Program-made: the position numbers and the translations under genes
In this document: one piece after another, positions 10,332 to 19,264 of the stretch
Layout of the letters: every line of letters begins with the position of its first letter
How positions within the stretch are numbered: position 1 is the stretch's first letter
The notes under the pieces: generated by a model
Database searches by the model: none
What the model was told of the DNA's origin: nothing
The model's input: the letters and a program-made list of their open reading frames with translations, nothing else
IMG/VR virus record: IMGVR_UViG_3300032290_000174
Location: 1 to 56,319 of that record
DNA length: 56,319 nt
Source: a virus
Lineage: Duplodnaviria > Caudoviricetes
Strand: one strand, 5' to 3'

Positions 10332-11942
10332 ATGGCAACCCAAGTACAGTTTAGACGAGGAACTACTACCCAGAACAATGCGTTCACTGGAGCAGTTGGT
10401 GAGATAACTTACGACACAGAAGTTAAAACACTAAGACTCCATGATGGTAGCACACCTGGTGGTGGCGCGATCGTTACCGTAAATGCTGGAACCCAAACCC
10501 TTACAAATAAAACGCTATCCACTAATTCATCGTGGCAGGGTAACTCAATTGGATTATTATATGGTGGTACTAATGCCAGTCTTACTGCCACGGCTGGAGC
10601 CATTGCTTATTCGACTGCAGCTGCACTAGCATTAACTTCTGCTGGAACTTCTGGTCAAGTATTAATTTCTGCTGGTTCTTCTGCTCCTACTTGGCTCTCC
10701 CCAGGATCTTTAACTGTTGGAACTGCTGCTACAGCAACAACAGCTACTAATATTGCAGGTGGTTCTGCTGGTCAGCTCGTAATTCAACTTGACGCAAACC
10801 AAACTACATTTATTACTGCAGGTGCTGCTGGTACATTTTTGCAGTCAACTGGTGCTTCTACTCCACCAACTTTCGCTGCTGGTAATATTACTATTGGTAA
10901 TACCACTGTTTCGTTCGGAGCAACTTCAACAACTCTTACTGGTTTAACAGCAATTGATTCTACTGCTGGCGCAACTTCTTTCTTTGCTACATCGACTTCT
11001 CCTGTAGCATTTGCTGGAGCGACTACTTTAACAATTGGTTATGGTAGCACGGCATCTTCTACAACCAATATTTCTACTGGTGCCGTAGGTTCTGGCAATA
11101 CTAAAACAATTAACATTGGTACTGGTAGTGCTGCTGGATCGACCACAAATATTAATCTTGGCGATGCAGATGGTGGTACAGTTACAGTTAATAAAGACTT
11201 AGTTGTTTCTGGTAATTTAACTGTCAATGGTACTACAACAACAATCAATTCAACTACACTTGATATTGATGATTTAAATATTACAGTCGCTAGTGGTGCT
11301 GCTAATGCTGCAGCTGCCAATGGTGCTGGTCTTACTGTTGATGGCGCATCTGCTACATTACTGTATATTTCAGCATCAGATTCATGGCAATTAAATAAAC
11401 ATTTAACTACTTCACTGACTACGCAGAATGTATTCAATACAACTGCTACAACAGTAAATGCTTTCGGTGCTGCTACTGCAATATCGCTGGGTGCTGCAAC
11501 TGGAACTTTAACTTTAAATAATCCGACCATAACAGCAACAAATTCAAATGTCAGATTTAACTCTCTTGGTATTGGAACTGCTGCGTCAGGAACTGCTGGA
11601 CAAATCCGTGCAACAGATACAATTACTGCATACTATTCTGATGACAGATTAAAAACTAAGACTGGTAATATTGAAAATGCATTAGAAAAAATTATATCCC
11701 TTAACGGATTTCATTATCATGCTAACGAAACTGCAGTTGCTTTAGGATATAATGCTTCCAAAGAAGAAGTTGGATTATCAGCCCAACAAGTTCAAGCAGT
11801 CCTACCTCAAGTTGTTGTTCCAGCTCCAATCGATGAACAGTATTTGACTATTCAATATGAGCGTCTTATTCCGTTATTAGTTGAAGCCATTAAAGAACAA
11901 CAAAAACAAATTGATGAACTTAAACAAAAGTTAGGAAATTAA
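10332..11942 (+). CDS. Tail fibre with Mtd-like N-terminus and C-terminal peptidase S74 intramolecular chaperone
   Basis: N-terminus QFRRGTT..FTGAVGEITYDT..LRLHDG; C-terminus YSDDRLK...GLSAQQVQAVLP...YERLIPLLVEAIKEQQ. Confidence 0.85.
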   Translation: MATQVQFRRGTTTQNNAFTGAVGEITYDTEVKTLRLHDGSTPGGGAIVTVNAGTQTLTNKTLSTNSSWQGNSIGLLYGGTNASLTATAGAIAYSTAAALALTSAGTSGQVLISAGSSAPTWLSPGSLTVGTAATATTATNIAGGSAGQLVIQLDANQTTFITAGAAGTFLQSTGASTPPTFAAGNITIGNTTVSFGATSTTLTGLTAIDSTAGATSFFATSTSPVAFAGATTLTIGYGSTASSTTNISTGAVGSGNTKTINIGTGSAAGSTTNINLGDADGGTVTVNKDLVVSGNLTVNGTTTTINSTTLDIDDLNITVASGAANAAAANGAGLTVDGASATLLYISASDSWQLNKHLTTSLTTQNVFNTTATTVNAFGAATAISLGAATGTLTLNNPTITATNSNVRFNSLGIGTAASGTAGQIRATDTITAYYSDDRLKTKTGNIENALEKIISLNGFHYHANETAVALGYNASKEEVGLSAQQVQAVLPQVVVPAPIDEQYLTIQYERLIPLLVEAIKEQQKQIDELKQKLGN

Positions 11943-11943
11943 T

Positions 11944-12906
11944 ATGGCAGTTAATTCAAGAGCAACATTGTCAGAATATTGCCTAAGAGCATTAGGAGCT
12001 CCAGTACTTGAGATAAATGTGGATGATGACCAGTTAGAAGATCGTATTGATGAAGCATTAGAAGTTTTTAGATTATACCACTATGATGGTATTGAAAAAA
12101 TTTACTTAAAACATAAAATTACTGCTTCAGAATTAAATATTACTGGATCTAATGCTGCCTCTTTTGCTGGTTCTTCCAAAATTACTGGGGCAACTTCTGG
12201 TGCTACGGCAACAGTTGAATCGGCCAAAGACAGTAACACTTTATACATTTCTAGAACTGTTGGAACTTTTGTTGCAAACGAAACCATATCCAATCCAGAT
12301 GGAACTACTGCCACATTAACAGCTTCTAGTTTTTATATTCCTGGCGATATCGATAATGGTTGGATTCCAATTCCAGATTTAGTGTATGGTGTGTCAAGAG
12401 TATTGCCACTCTATCAAGGAACATCTTCTTCTCGTTCTATTTTTGATCTACAATATCAACTTAGATTAAACGATTTGTATGATTTGTCAAGCACTTCATT
12501 AATTTACTATACCACAGTAATGAGCCATTTGGCTACACTAGATTTAATATTAAATGGCAAACCAATCTATCGTTTCAATCGTTTGATGGATAAACTGTAC
12601 ATCGATGTTGACTGGAAATCAATTAATAAAATAAACATTGGTGATTACTTTGTTGTTGAAGCGTATCGTGCTTTGGATCCAACTGAGTTTGTAAAAGTCT
12701 GGAACGAGCCATGGCTTAAAAAATATACAACAGCTCTGTTTAAAAAACAATGGGCAACAAATCTTAAAAAGTTTTCTGGTTTACAACTTCCAGGTGGTGT
12801 AACTTTAGATGGTAATTCTTTATATAATGAAGCGATGCAGGAAATTATTGCACTAGAAGACGAAATTCAAAACAAGTCTGCTCCGTTAGACTTTTTCCTA
12901 GGATAG
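11944..12906 (+). CDS. gp13: Neck protein gp13
   Basis: EYCLRALGAPVLEINVDDDQLEDRIDEAL and KQWATNLKKFSGLQLPGGVTLDG motifs; synteny. Confidence 0.93.
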   Translation: MAVNSRATLSEYCLRALGAPVLEINVDDDQLEDRIDEALEVFRLYHYDGIEKIYLKHKITASELNITGSNAASFAGSSKITGATSGATATVESAKDSNTLYISRTVGTFVANETISNPDGTTATLTASSFYIPGDIDNGWIPIPDLVYGVSRVLPLYQGTSSSRSIFDLQYQLRLNDLYDLSSTSLIYYTTVMSHLATLDLILNGKPIYRFNRLMDKLYIDVDWKSINKINIGDYFVVEAYRALDPTEFVKVWNEPWLKKYTTALFKKQWATNLKKFSGLQLPGGVTLDGNSLYNEAMQEIIALEDEIQNKSAPLDFFLG

Positions 12907-12909
12907 AAT

Positions 12910-13965
12910 GTGGCTAGAAATGTATACTTCTCTCAAGGAACTGCCAACGAACAATATCTAATTGAAGATATTATCGTAGAATCACTGCAGGTATATGGGC
13001 AAGATTTTTATTATATTCCAAGAACTCTTGTAGCCAAAGATAATATCCTTGGTGAAGATCGCTTGTCAGAATTTAAACAGGCTTATGGTATAGAAATGTA
13101 CCTAGAAAATGTTGATGGGTTTGAGGGACAGGGAGCATTTATTCAAAAGTTTGGTTTGATGATGGAACAATCAGCAACATTAACAGTTGCTCGTCGTCGT
13201 TGGGATCAACTTGTTGGAAGATTTAATCAGGCTCAATTACCAAATAGACCTTGCGAGGGAGATCTACTATACTTCCCTTTAACCAAAGGGTTATTTGAAA
13301 TTAAGTTTGTGCAACATCAAAATCCTTTCTATCAGCTTGGTAAATTGTATGTTTACAAATTACAAGTTGAACTCTTCCAGTATGCTTCTGAACATATTGA
13401 TACTGGTCTGAAAGATATTGATGTGTTCGAAACACTCAAATCTTATGATACCAGTTATCCAAGAAATGCTACTGGTTCTGTTACTTCCATAACGATGACT
13501 CGAGCAGGAACAGGATATACAACTACCCCGACTGTTACATTAACTGGTGGCGGTGGAACACAAGCGTTTTCTCCAGCTGTTCTAACACCAACACTTACTA
13601 ATGGTTCAATTTCTTTACTCATTACAAATGTTGGTACTGGATACGATACTGCTCCGACAGTAACAATTGGAACTCAGTGGGTTGCTAATGGAACAGTAAG
13701 CACAAATGCTCAAGTATTTTATTTAAATAGATTATATACAGCTGTAATCGGTGGAACATTTGGTTCTACTGCGCCAACGCATACAACAGGATCTCAAGTT
13801 AATGGATCTACTACTTTGTCATACGCTGGCGTGTCGGCTGCTGCAACAGTTAGTATTGAACCAAATCCAGATTTACCACAATCTTATGGTGATAATATTA
13901 AATTTAAAAATGAAGCCAGCGATTTAGTATTTGATACTAACAACCCATTTGGAGAAATCCAGTAA
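12910..13965 (+). CDS. gp14: Neck/head-closure protein gp14 with inserted extra domains
   Basis: EQYLIEDIIVESLQVYGQDFYYIPR, EGDLLYFP, PFYQLGK and C-terminal NPFGE; GTG start. Confidence 0.92.
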   Translation: MARNVYFSQGTANEQYLIEDIIVESLQVYGQDFYYIPRTLVAKDNILGEDRLSEFKQAYGIEMYLENVDGFEGQGAFIQKFGLMMEQSATLTVARRRWDQLVGRFNQAQLPNRPCEGDLLYFPLTKGLFEIKFVQHQNPFYQLGKLYVYKLQVELFQYASEHIDTGLKDIDVFETLKSYDTSYPRNATGSVTSITMTRAGTGYTTTPTVTLTGGGGTQAFSPAVLTPTLTNGSISLLITNVGTGYDTAPTVTIGTQWVANGTVSTNAQVFYLNRLYTAVIGGTFGSTAPTHTTGSQVNGSTTLSYAGVSAAATVSIEPNPDLPQSYGDNIKFKNEASDLVFDTNNPFGEIQ

Positions 13966-14696
13966 TGTTAAATATTCCTCCATTTTATCACGGACTTACT
14001 CGAAAAGTTATTGTTGCTTTTGGTAGTATGTTTAGCAATATTAAAATTGAAAGAGCAGATAACGATGGTGTAGTTCAACAAACAGTTATTGTTCCACTAG
14101 CATATGCTCCAAAAGAAAAATGGTTGGTTCGTGTTGAACAAGATCCGACATTAGAAAGAAACACTTATACAATTTTACCTAGAATGTCTTTTGAAATTAC
14201 AGGAATGAACTACGACCCTCTTCGTAAAGTTAATCGTATGTCTCAAGTATCTTGTTATAGAGCGAATGGAGCAAATCCAGCTACATTAAAACAGATGTAT
14301 TCGCCTGTTCCTTATAATATTGATATCTCACTTTATGTTTTAACTAAAACTCAAGAAGACGCTTTACAAATTGTTGAACAAATTTTGCCATATTTTACTC
14401 CAGAATTTACATTAAGTATTAATGCTATTCCTGATATGAGTGTTGCTCTTGATATTCCTATAATTTTAAACAGTGTAGCAGTTCAAGATGACTACGATGG
14501 AGATTTTCAAACTCGTAGATTTGTAACTTATACATTAAACTTTACATTGAAAACAAACTTCTTTGGTCCAGTTGGTGAACAAGGTCCAATTAAAACTGTG
14601 TTTATTGATAAACTTTCACAACCTGGAAGAAAATATACAGCAGCTGGTAATTTTGAAACTGGTGCTATTACGGAAACTTGGCAAGACGCATTCTAA
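13965..14696 (+). CDS. gp15: Tail sheath stabiliser/terminator gp15
   Basis: FYHGLTRKVIVAFGSMF, VPLAYAPKEKW, LPRMSFE, QIVEQILPYFTP. Confidence 0.93.
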   Translation: MLNIPPFYHGLTRKVIVAFGSMFSNIKIERADNDGVVQQTVIVPLAYAPKEKWLVRVEQDPTLERNTYTILPRMSFEITGMNYDPLRKVNRMSQVSCYRANGANPATLKQMYSPVPYNIDISLYVLTKTQEDALQIVEQILPYFTPEFTLSINAIPDMSVALDIPIILNSVAVQDDYDGDFQTRRFVTYTLNFTLKTNFFGPVGEQGPIKTVFIDKLSQPGRKYTAAGNFETGAITETWQDAF

Positions 14697-16331
14697 ATGG
14701 CTCAAATATATAATGCAAATCCAAATTTAAAAGCAATTGGTGTTCCTGTTGAGTTTACTCCCGAACAGGTTCAAGAATACATCAAGTGTAAAACTGACTA
14801 TATTTACTTTATTGAAACTTATTGTCAGATTGTTACACTGGATAAAGGGCTACAACCTTTTAAATTATACGATTGTCAGAAAAGAAAACTGAATATCATT
14901 CATGAGAATCGTAAAGTTATTCTTATGGAAGGTCGTCAGCAAGGTAAAACAACTACCTCTGCTGCATACATTCTTTGGTATACGATATTTCAAGATGCTA
15001 AAAATGTGGCGATTCTGGCAAACAAAGCAACTGCTGCTAGAGAAGTTCTTGCTCGTTACCAAACTATGTATGAAGGATTGCCAATCTGGCTTCAACAAGG
15101 TGTTAAATCTTGGAACAAAGGTGATATTGAATTAGAAAATGGATCTAAAGTATTTACCTCGGCTACTTCTACATCAGGTATTCGTGGTAAATCTGTAAAC
15201 TTACTTTATGTTGACGAAGCTGCAATTATTCCAAATACTGTTGCTGAACAATTTTTTACTTCTGTTTATCCAACTATTTCTGCTGGCGAAACAACAAAGA
15301 TTCTACTAAGTTCTACTCCTCTTGGATATAATCATTTCTGGAAGTTCTGGAATGATGCCGAGAATAAACGAAATGGATTTGTAAATTGTTTTATTCCCTA
15401 CTGGGAAATTCCAGGTCGCGATGAGCGATGGGCTGAAGAACAGAAAGCAATTCTTGGTGATTTAAAATATAACCAAGAGGTTCTTTGTAAGTTTTTAGGT
15501 TCTGCTTTAACATTAGTAAATGCCGATACAATTGGTAGAATGTCTCCAACTTATCCTGTGTATCAGAAAGATGGATTAGATGTATTTGAGGAACCAATTT
15601 ATGAAATTGACACTGGAAGTATTGACAAATTTGGTAAACCAGTAGTTAAACCACCCCATTCTTATTGTATTATTGTTGATACGGCAAAGGGTGTTGGTGG
15701 TGATTATTCAGCATTTTCGGTTATCGATATTACCGAGGCTCCCTACAAACAGGTTGCCAAATATCGTAAAAATGATATATCACCTTTGTTGTATCCAAAT
15801 GTAATCTTTAAGGTAGCAAAAGAATACAACATGGCTTATATTTTAGTGGAGATAAATAGTAGCGAGCAGGTTGCTTCTATTCTGCACCATGAGTTAGAAT
15901 ATGAAAACATCTTATTTGTAAACAGAAATACCACTGGGCAAGCTGTTTCAGGTGGATTCGGTGGTGGTAAAGCCCAATTAGGTGTTGTGACAGATAGAAA
16001 AGTAAAACGAATTGGTTGTATGAACTTTAAAACTCTGTTGGAAGAACAGAAATTGTTAATTCCAGATGCAGATACTATTTCAGAGATTACGACTTTTATT
16101 GAATCTAGAGGTTCTTACGCTGCAGATGATGGATACACTGACGATTTAGTTATGACTCTAGTTCTTTTTGGTTGGCTAACAACCCAGCCATATTTTAAAG
16201 ACTTAAATGATATAAACATGAGGGAACTAATTTATAGATCCCGTATTAAAATGATTGAGGATGAATTAACCCCATTTGGTTTTATTAGCGATGGACAGAG
16301 TTCGGAAGAACCAGTCCTACACAACTTTTAA
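14697..16331 (+). CDS. gp17: Terminase large subunit gp17
   Basis: Walker A RQQGKTT, Walker B LLYVDEAA, SSTPLG coupling motif, RNase H-like nuclease residues (DTAKG, DDLVM). Confidence 0.97.
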   Translation: MAQIYNANPNLKAIGVPVEFTPEQVQEYIKCKTDYIYFIETYCQIVTLDKGLQPFKLYDCQKRKLNIIHENRKVILMEGRQQGKTTTSAAYILWYTIFQDAKNVAILANKATAAREVLARYQTMYEGLPIWLQQGVKSWNKGDIELENGSKVFTSATSTSGIRGKSVNLLYVDEAAIIPNTVAEQFFTSVYPTISAGETTKILLSSTPLGYNHFWKFWNDAENKRNGFVNCFIPYWEIPGRDERWAEEQKAILGDLKYNQEVLCKFLGSALTLVNADTIGRMSPTYPVYQKDGLDVFEEPIYEIDTGSIDKFGKPVVKPPHSYCIIVDTAKGVGGDYSAFSVIDITEAPYKQVAKYRKNDISPLLYPNVIFKVAKEYNMAYILVEINSSEQVASILHHELEYENILFVNRNTTGQAVSGGFGGGKAQLGVVTDRKVKRIGCMNFKTLLEEQKLLIPDADTISEITTFIESRGSYAADDGYTDDLVMTLVLFGWLTTQPYFKDLNDINMRELIYRSRIKMIEDELTPFGFISDGQSSEEPVLHNF

Positions 16332-16343
16332 AAAGTTGATTTT

Positions 16344-16351
16344 ACTAAATA
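16344..16351 (+). promoter_or_regulatory. Late promoter variant ACTAAATA upstream of gp18
   Basis: The same ACTAAATA octamer precedes gp19 (18599), the ORF at 39831 (39804) and the ORF at 41138 (41125). Confidence 0.6.
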
Positions 16352-16418
16352 ATCTAGTGAATGCTCAAACTCAAATGGCACAAACAAATAACATGTACAT
16401 GTAACAAGGAGAATTACA

Positions 16419-18596
16419 ATGCCTTTTCAACTTAGTCCAGGTGTTGCAGTCGTAGAAAAAGACTTTTCATCAATCGTTCCAGCAGTTAGTTCTTCTGTTG
16501 GTGCCTTTGCAGGTTCTTTTGCTTGGGGTCCAGTATTGCAACCAGTTACAGTTTCTTCGGAAAATGTTTTGGTTCAGCAATTCGGAAAACCTAACGACTC
16601 CAACTTCGCTTCATTTTTTTCAGCAGCAAACTTCTTATCGTATGCTAATAATCTGTTGCTGGTTCGTGCAGATTCTACCAATGGTAAAAATGCTGTTTCT
16701 ACACCAACAGGTGGTTTAGCAACTGTAACAGTTGGAACTGCAGGTTCTGGTTACAGTTCTACTGATGCTGCCCCTGCCGTAACAGTAAGTGCTCCAGATG
16801 AAGCTGGTGGTACTCAAGCTGTTGTAACAGTTACACTTTCTGGCGGTGCTATTACTGCTGTTGCTGTTACTAGTGGCGGATCTGGTTACTCAGCTGCTCC
16901 AAATATAAACATTTCTGCACCTAGTGGCGGATCTGGAGCAACCTTTACTGTAAATATGGTCGGTTCTGCGCCAAACCAATCTGTGGGTACAATTACAGTT
17001 GTCGGTGGTGGTTCAGGTTATAAAGGAACTGTTACTGCTACAGTTAGCGCAGGAAATGCTACTCTTGGAGCAGTTACTATTGGCTCATCAAGTATTTCTT
17101 CTGCAACAATTGTTACTGCTGGTACTGGTTATTCTGCTGCTCCAACAATTACTGTAGCAGCTCCTCCATCAGGAGTTACTGCTTTATTGAACAGAACTGT
17201 TGCTACTGCTGGAGTTAAAATTAGAAACTCTGAACACTATCTATCATCGTTCTCAACAGGAGCTGCTGTTACTGGAGAATTTGCTGCTAAGTTCCCAGGA
17301 TCGCTTGGAAATTCATTAAAAGTTTCTTATGCTGATGCAACAACTTTTGCAGCTTGGACATATAAAGCTGAATTTGATGCTGCTCCAGGAACTTCTACTT
17401 ACGCTGCTAGTGTAGGTGGTGCTGATGACGAATTACACATTATTGTTATAGACGAAGATGGCGAGTGGACTGGAACTCGAGGTGCTATATTAGAAAAATA
17501 TGCATTCGTTTCTAAAGCTGGTGATGGTAAAAAGCCAGATGGAACAAACAATCACTATAAAGATGTAATTAATGCAAACTCAGATTATATTTGGTGGACT
17601 GATTATCCTGCCAGTTCTGACTGGGGAACAAGTGCATCAAGCAATACATTTACAGCATTAGTTTCTGCTGTATCATTAAGTTTATCTGGTGGTGTTGATG
17701 ATTTTGCAATGACTGCTGGTCAACAACAAGCTGCATATGCTCTGTTTGCTAATGCTGAACTCTATGATGTAAGTTTGATTATTGCTGGTAAAGCAAATGC
17801 TGCGACTGCTAGGATTATTGCTGACTTGGCTCAGACTCGTGCTGACTGTGTTGCCTTTATTTCTCCAGAAGATAATTCTACTGGTAATGTTATTATCGGT
17901 AACTCCTCAACAGAAACTGATGCTATCGTAACATTCCGCAATGCTGTCAATGTGATTCATTCTTATGCTGTTATTGACTCAGGATTCAAATATCAATACG
18001 ATCGCTATAACGACAAATATCGTTATGTCCCATTAAATGCTGATGTGGCAGGTTTGTGTGCTCGTACTGATTACACTAATGACCCATGGTATTCTCCAGG
18101 TGGATATAATCGTGGTCAGATTAAGAATGTTGTTCGTTTGGCTCACAATCCAGACAAAACAAATCGCGACACTCTGTATAAAGCTGGTGTTAATCCAGTT
18201 GTTTCATTCCCAGGTCAAGGAATTGTTCTGTTCGGCGATAAAACAATGCAGACTAAACCAAGCGCATTTGATCGTATTAATGTCCGTCGTCTGTTTATTG
18301 TTCTTGAAAAAGCGATTGCAACTGCTGCTAAATTCCAGTTGTTCGAATTCAACGATGGATTTACTCGTGCGCAATTTAAGAACTTAGTAGAACCATTCCT
18401 CCGAGATGTTCAAGGTCGTCGTGGTATTATTGATTTCCGTGTTAAGTGCGACGATACTAATAACACTGGTGAAGTTATTGATCGCAACGAATTTGTTGCT
18501 GATATCTTTATTAAGCCAAATCGCTCTATCAACTACATTACTCTGAACTTTGTTGCTGCTCGCTCTTCTGCGAACTTCACAGAGATCGGTGGTTAA
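16419..18596 (+). CDS. gp18: Tail sheath protein gp18 with inserted G-x-GY-x-x-AP repeats
   Basis: LSPGVAVVEKD, FAWGP, PWYSPGG.NRG, FDRINVRRLF, FEFND motifs. Confidence 0.97.
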   Translation: MPFQLSPGVAVVEKDFSSIVPAVSSSVGAFAGSFAWGPVLQPVTVSSENVLVQQFGKPNDSNFASFFSAANFLSYANNLLLVRADSTNGKNAVSTPTGGLATVTVGTAGSGYSSTDAAPAVTVSAPDEAGGTQAVVTVTLSGGAITAVAVTSGGSGYSAAPNINISAPSGGSGATFTVNMVGSAPNQSVGTITVVGGGSGYKGTVTATVSAGNATLGAVTIGSSSISSATIVTAGTGYSAAPTITVAAPPSGVTALLNRTVATAGVKIRNSEHYLSSFSTGAAVTGEFAAKFPGSLGNSLKVSYADATTFAAWTYKAEFDAAPGTSTYAASVGGADDELHIIVIDEDGEWTGTRGAILEKYAFVSKAGDGKKPDGTNNHYKDVINANSDYIWWTDYPASSDWGTSASSNTFTALVSAVSLSLSGGVDDFAMTAGQQQAAYALFANAELYDVSLIIAGKANAATARIIADLAQTRADCVAFISPEDNSTGNVIIGNSSTETDAIVTFRNAVNVIHSYAVIDSGFKYQYDRYNDKYRYVPLNADVAGLCARTDYTNDPWYSPGGYNRGQIKNVVRLAHNPDKTNRDTLYKAGVNPVVSFPGQGIVLFGDKTMQTKPSAFDRINVRRLFIVLEKAIATAAKFQLFEFNDGFTRAQFKNLVEPFLRDVQGRRGIIDFRVKCDDTNNTGEVIDRNEFVADIFIKPNRSINYITLNFVAARSSANFTEIGG

Positions 18597-18598
18597 TG

Positions 18599-18606
18599 AC
18601 TAAATA
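18599..18606 (+). promoter_or_regulatory. Late promoter variant ACTAAATA upstream of gp19
   Basis: Intergenic TAAATA core followed by an AAGGAG RBS. Confidence 0.6.
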
Positions 18607-18625
18607 GAGAAAAAGGAGATACCAA

Positions 18626-19222
18626 ATGGCAAATATTGCTGATTTTAAAGCCCAGTTGATTGGTGGCGGTGCTCGCCCTAATCAATTCCGAGTGGACTTA
18701 ACATTCCCTAACTATGTAACTCTAGGTGCAATTGCTGGTTTACAAGGTCAATTCCTTTGTAAAGCAACCACATTACCAACTTCTCTATTAGAGAATATTG
18801 GTATTCAATATCGTGGTCGTCAAATTAATTTTGCTGGCGAGCGTACTTTTGAACAGTGGCAAATTACTGTGTATAATGATACAACTTTCAATATTAGAAA
18901 TGCTTTTGAAGTCTGGTCAAACGGAATTCAAAACAATTCTTCAACTTTAGGTCGTGTAAATCCTCGCGATTATCAAGTTGATTTGTCAGTTAATCAATTA
19001 GATCGTAATGGTTCTACTGTTAAAAACTATTTGTTCCGTGATGCATATCCAGTGGCCATCGGTCCAGTTGGATTGGATTATGAAACAACTAACCAAATTG
19101 AAACATTTGATGTGACATTCCAATACAATTACTGGACTTCGAACACTTCTACTGAAGGTGCTGCCTTTGGCGTTAATGCTACAGTCAATACTCCAGTTGG
19201 TTCGTTCCCACTCCCACTCTAA
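18626..19222 (+). CDS. gp19: Tail tube protein gp19
   Basis: GGGARPNQF, FAGERTFEQW.ITVYND, IETFDVTFQY. Confidence 0.96.
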   Translation: MANIADFKAQLIGGGARPNQFRVDLTFPNYVTLGAIAGLQGQFLCKATTLPTSLLENIGIQYRGRQINFAGERTFEQWQITVYNDTTFNIRNAFEVWSNGIQNNSSTLGRVNPRDYQVDLSVNQLDRNGSTVKNYLFRDAYPVAIGPVGLDYETTNQIETFDVTFQYNYWTSNTSTEGAAFGVNATVNTPVGSFPLPL

Positions 19223-19264
19223 TCCAATTAGGATTGGGGTAGGATTTTAACTTGAGGTTATATA

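Noticed and set aside
1-11942. Diversity-generating retroelement or CRISPR-like array behind the fibre repeats
   Set aside because: Repeats are in-frame protein modules differing at synonymous sites rather than adenine-specific positions; no reverse transcriptase or regular spacer pattern in the window.
25-12314. Many 60-160 aa minus-strand ORFs (V/P/A-rich) over fibre and neck genes
   Set aside because: Antisense shadows of Thr/Gly/Ala-rich codons; no RBS or promoter support; they fully overlap convincing plus-strand genes.
12880-12906. gp13 C-terminus APLDFFLG resembles the clamp-binding tail
   Set aside because: gp13 homologs generally end in a P-x-x-hydrophobic-G motif and this is a virion protein, so the match is probably coincidental. 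It does caution that the motif alone is not proof.
15741-15747. CCCTACA inside gp17
   Set aside because: Single half-site in coding sequence (Pro-Tyr-Lys) with no inverted partner.
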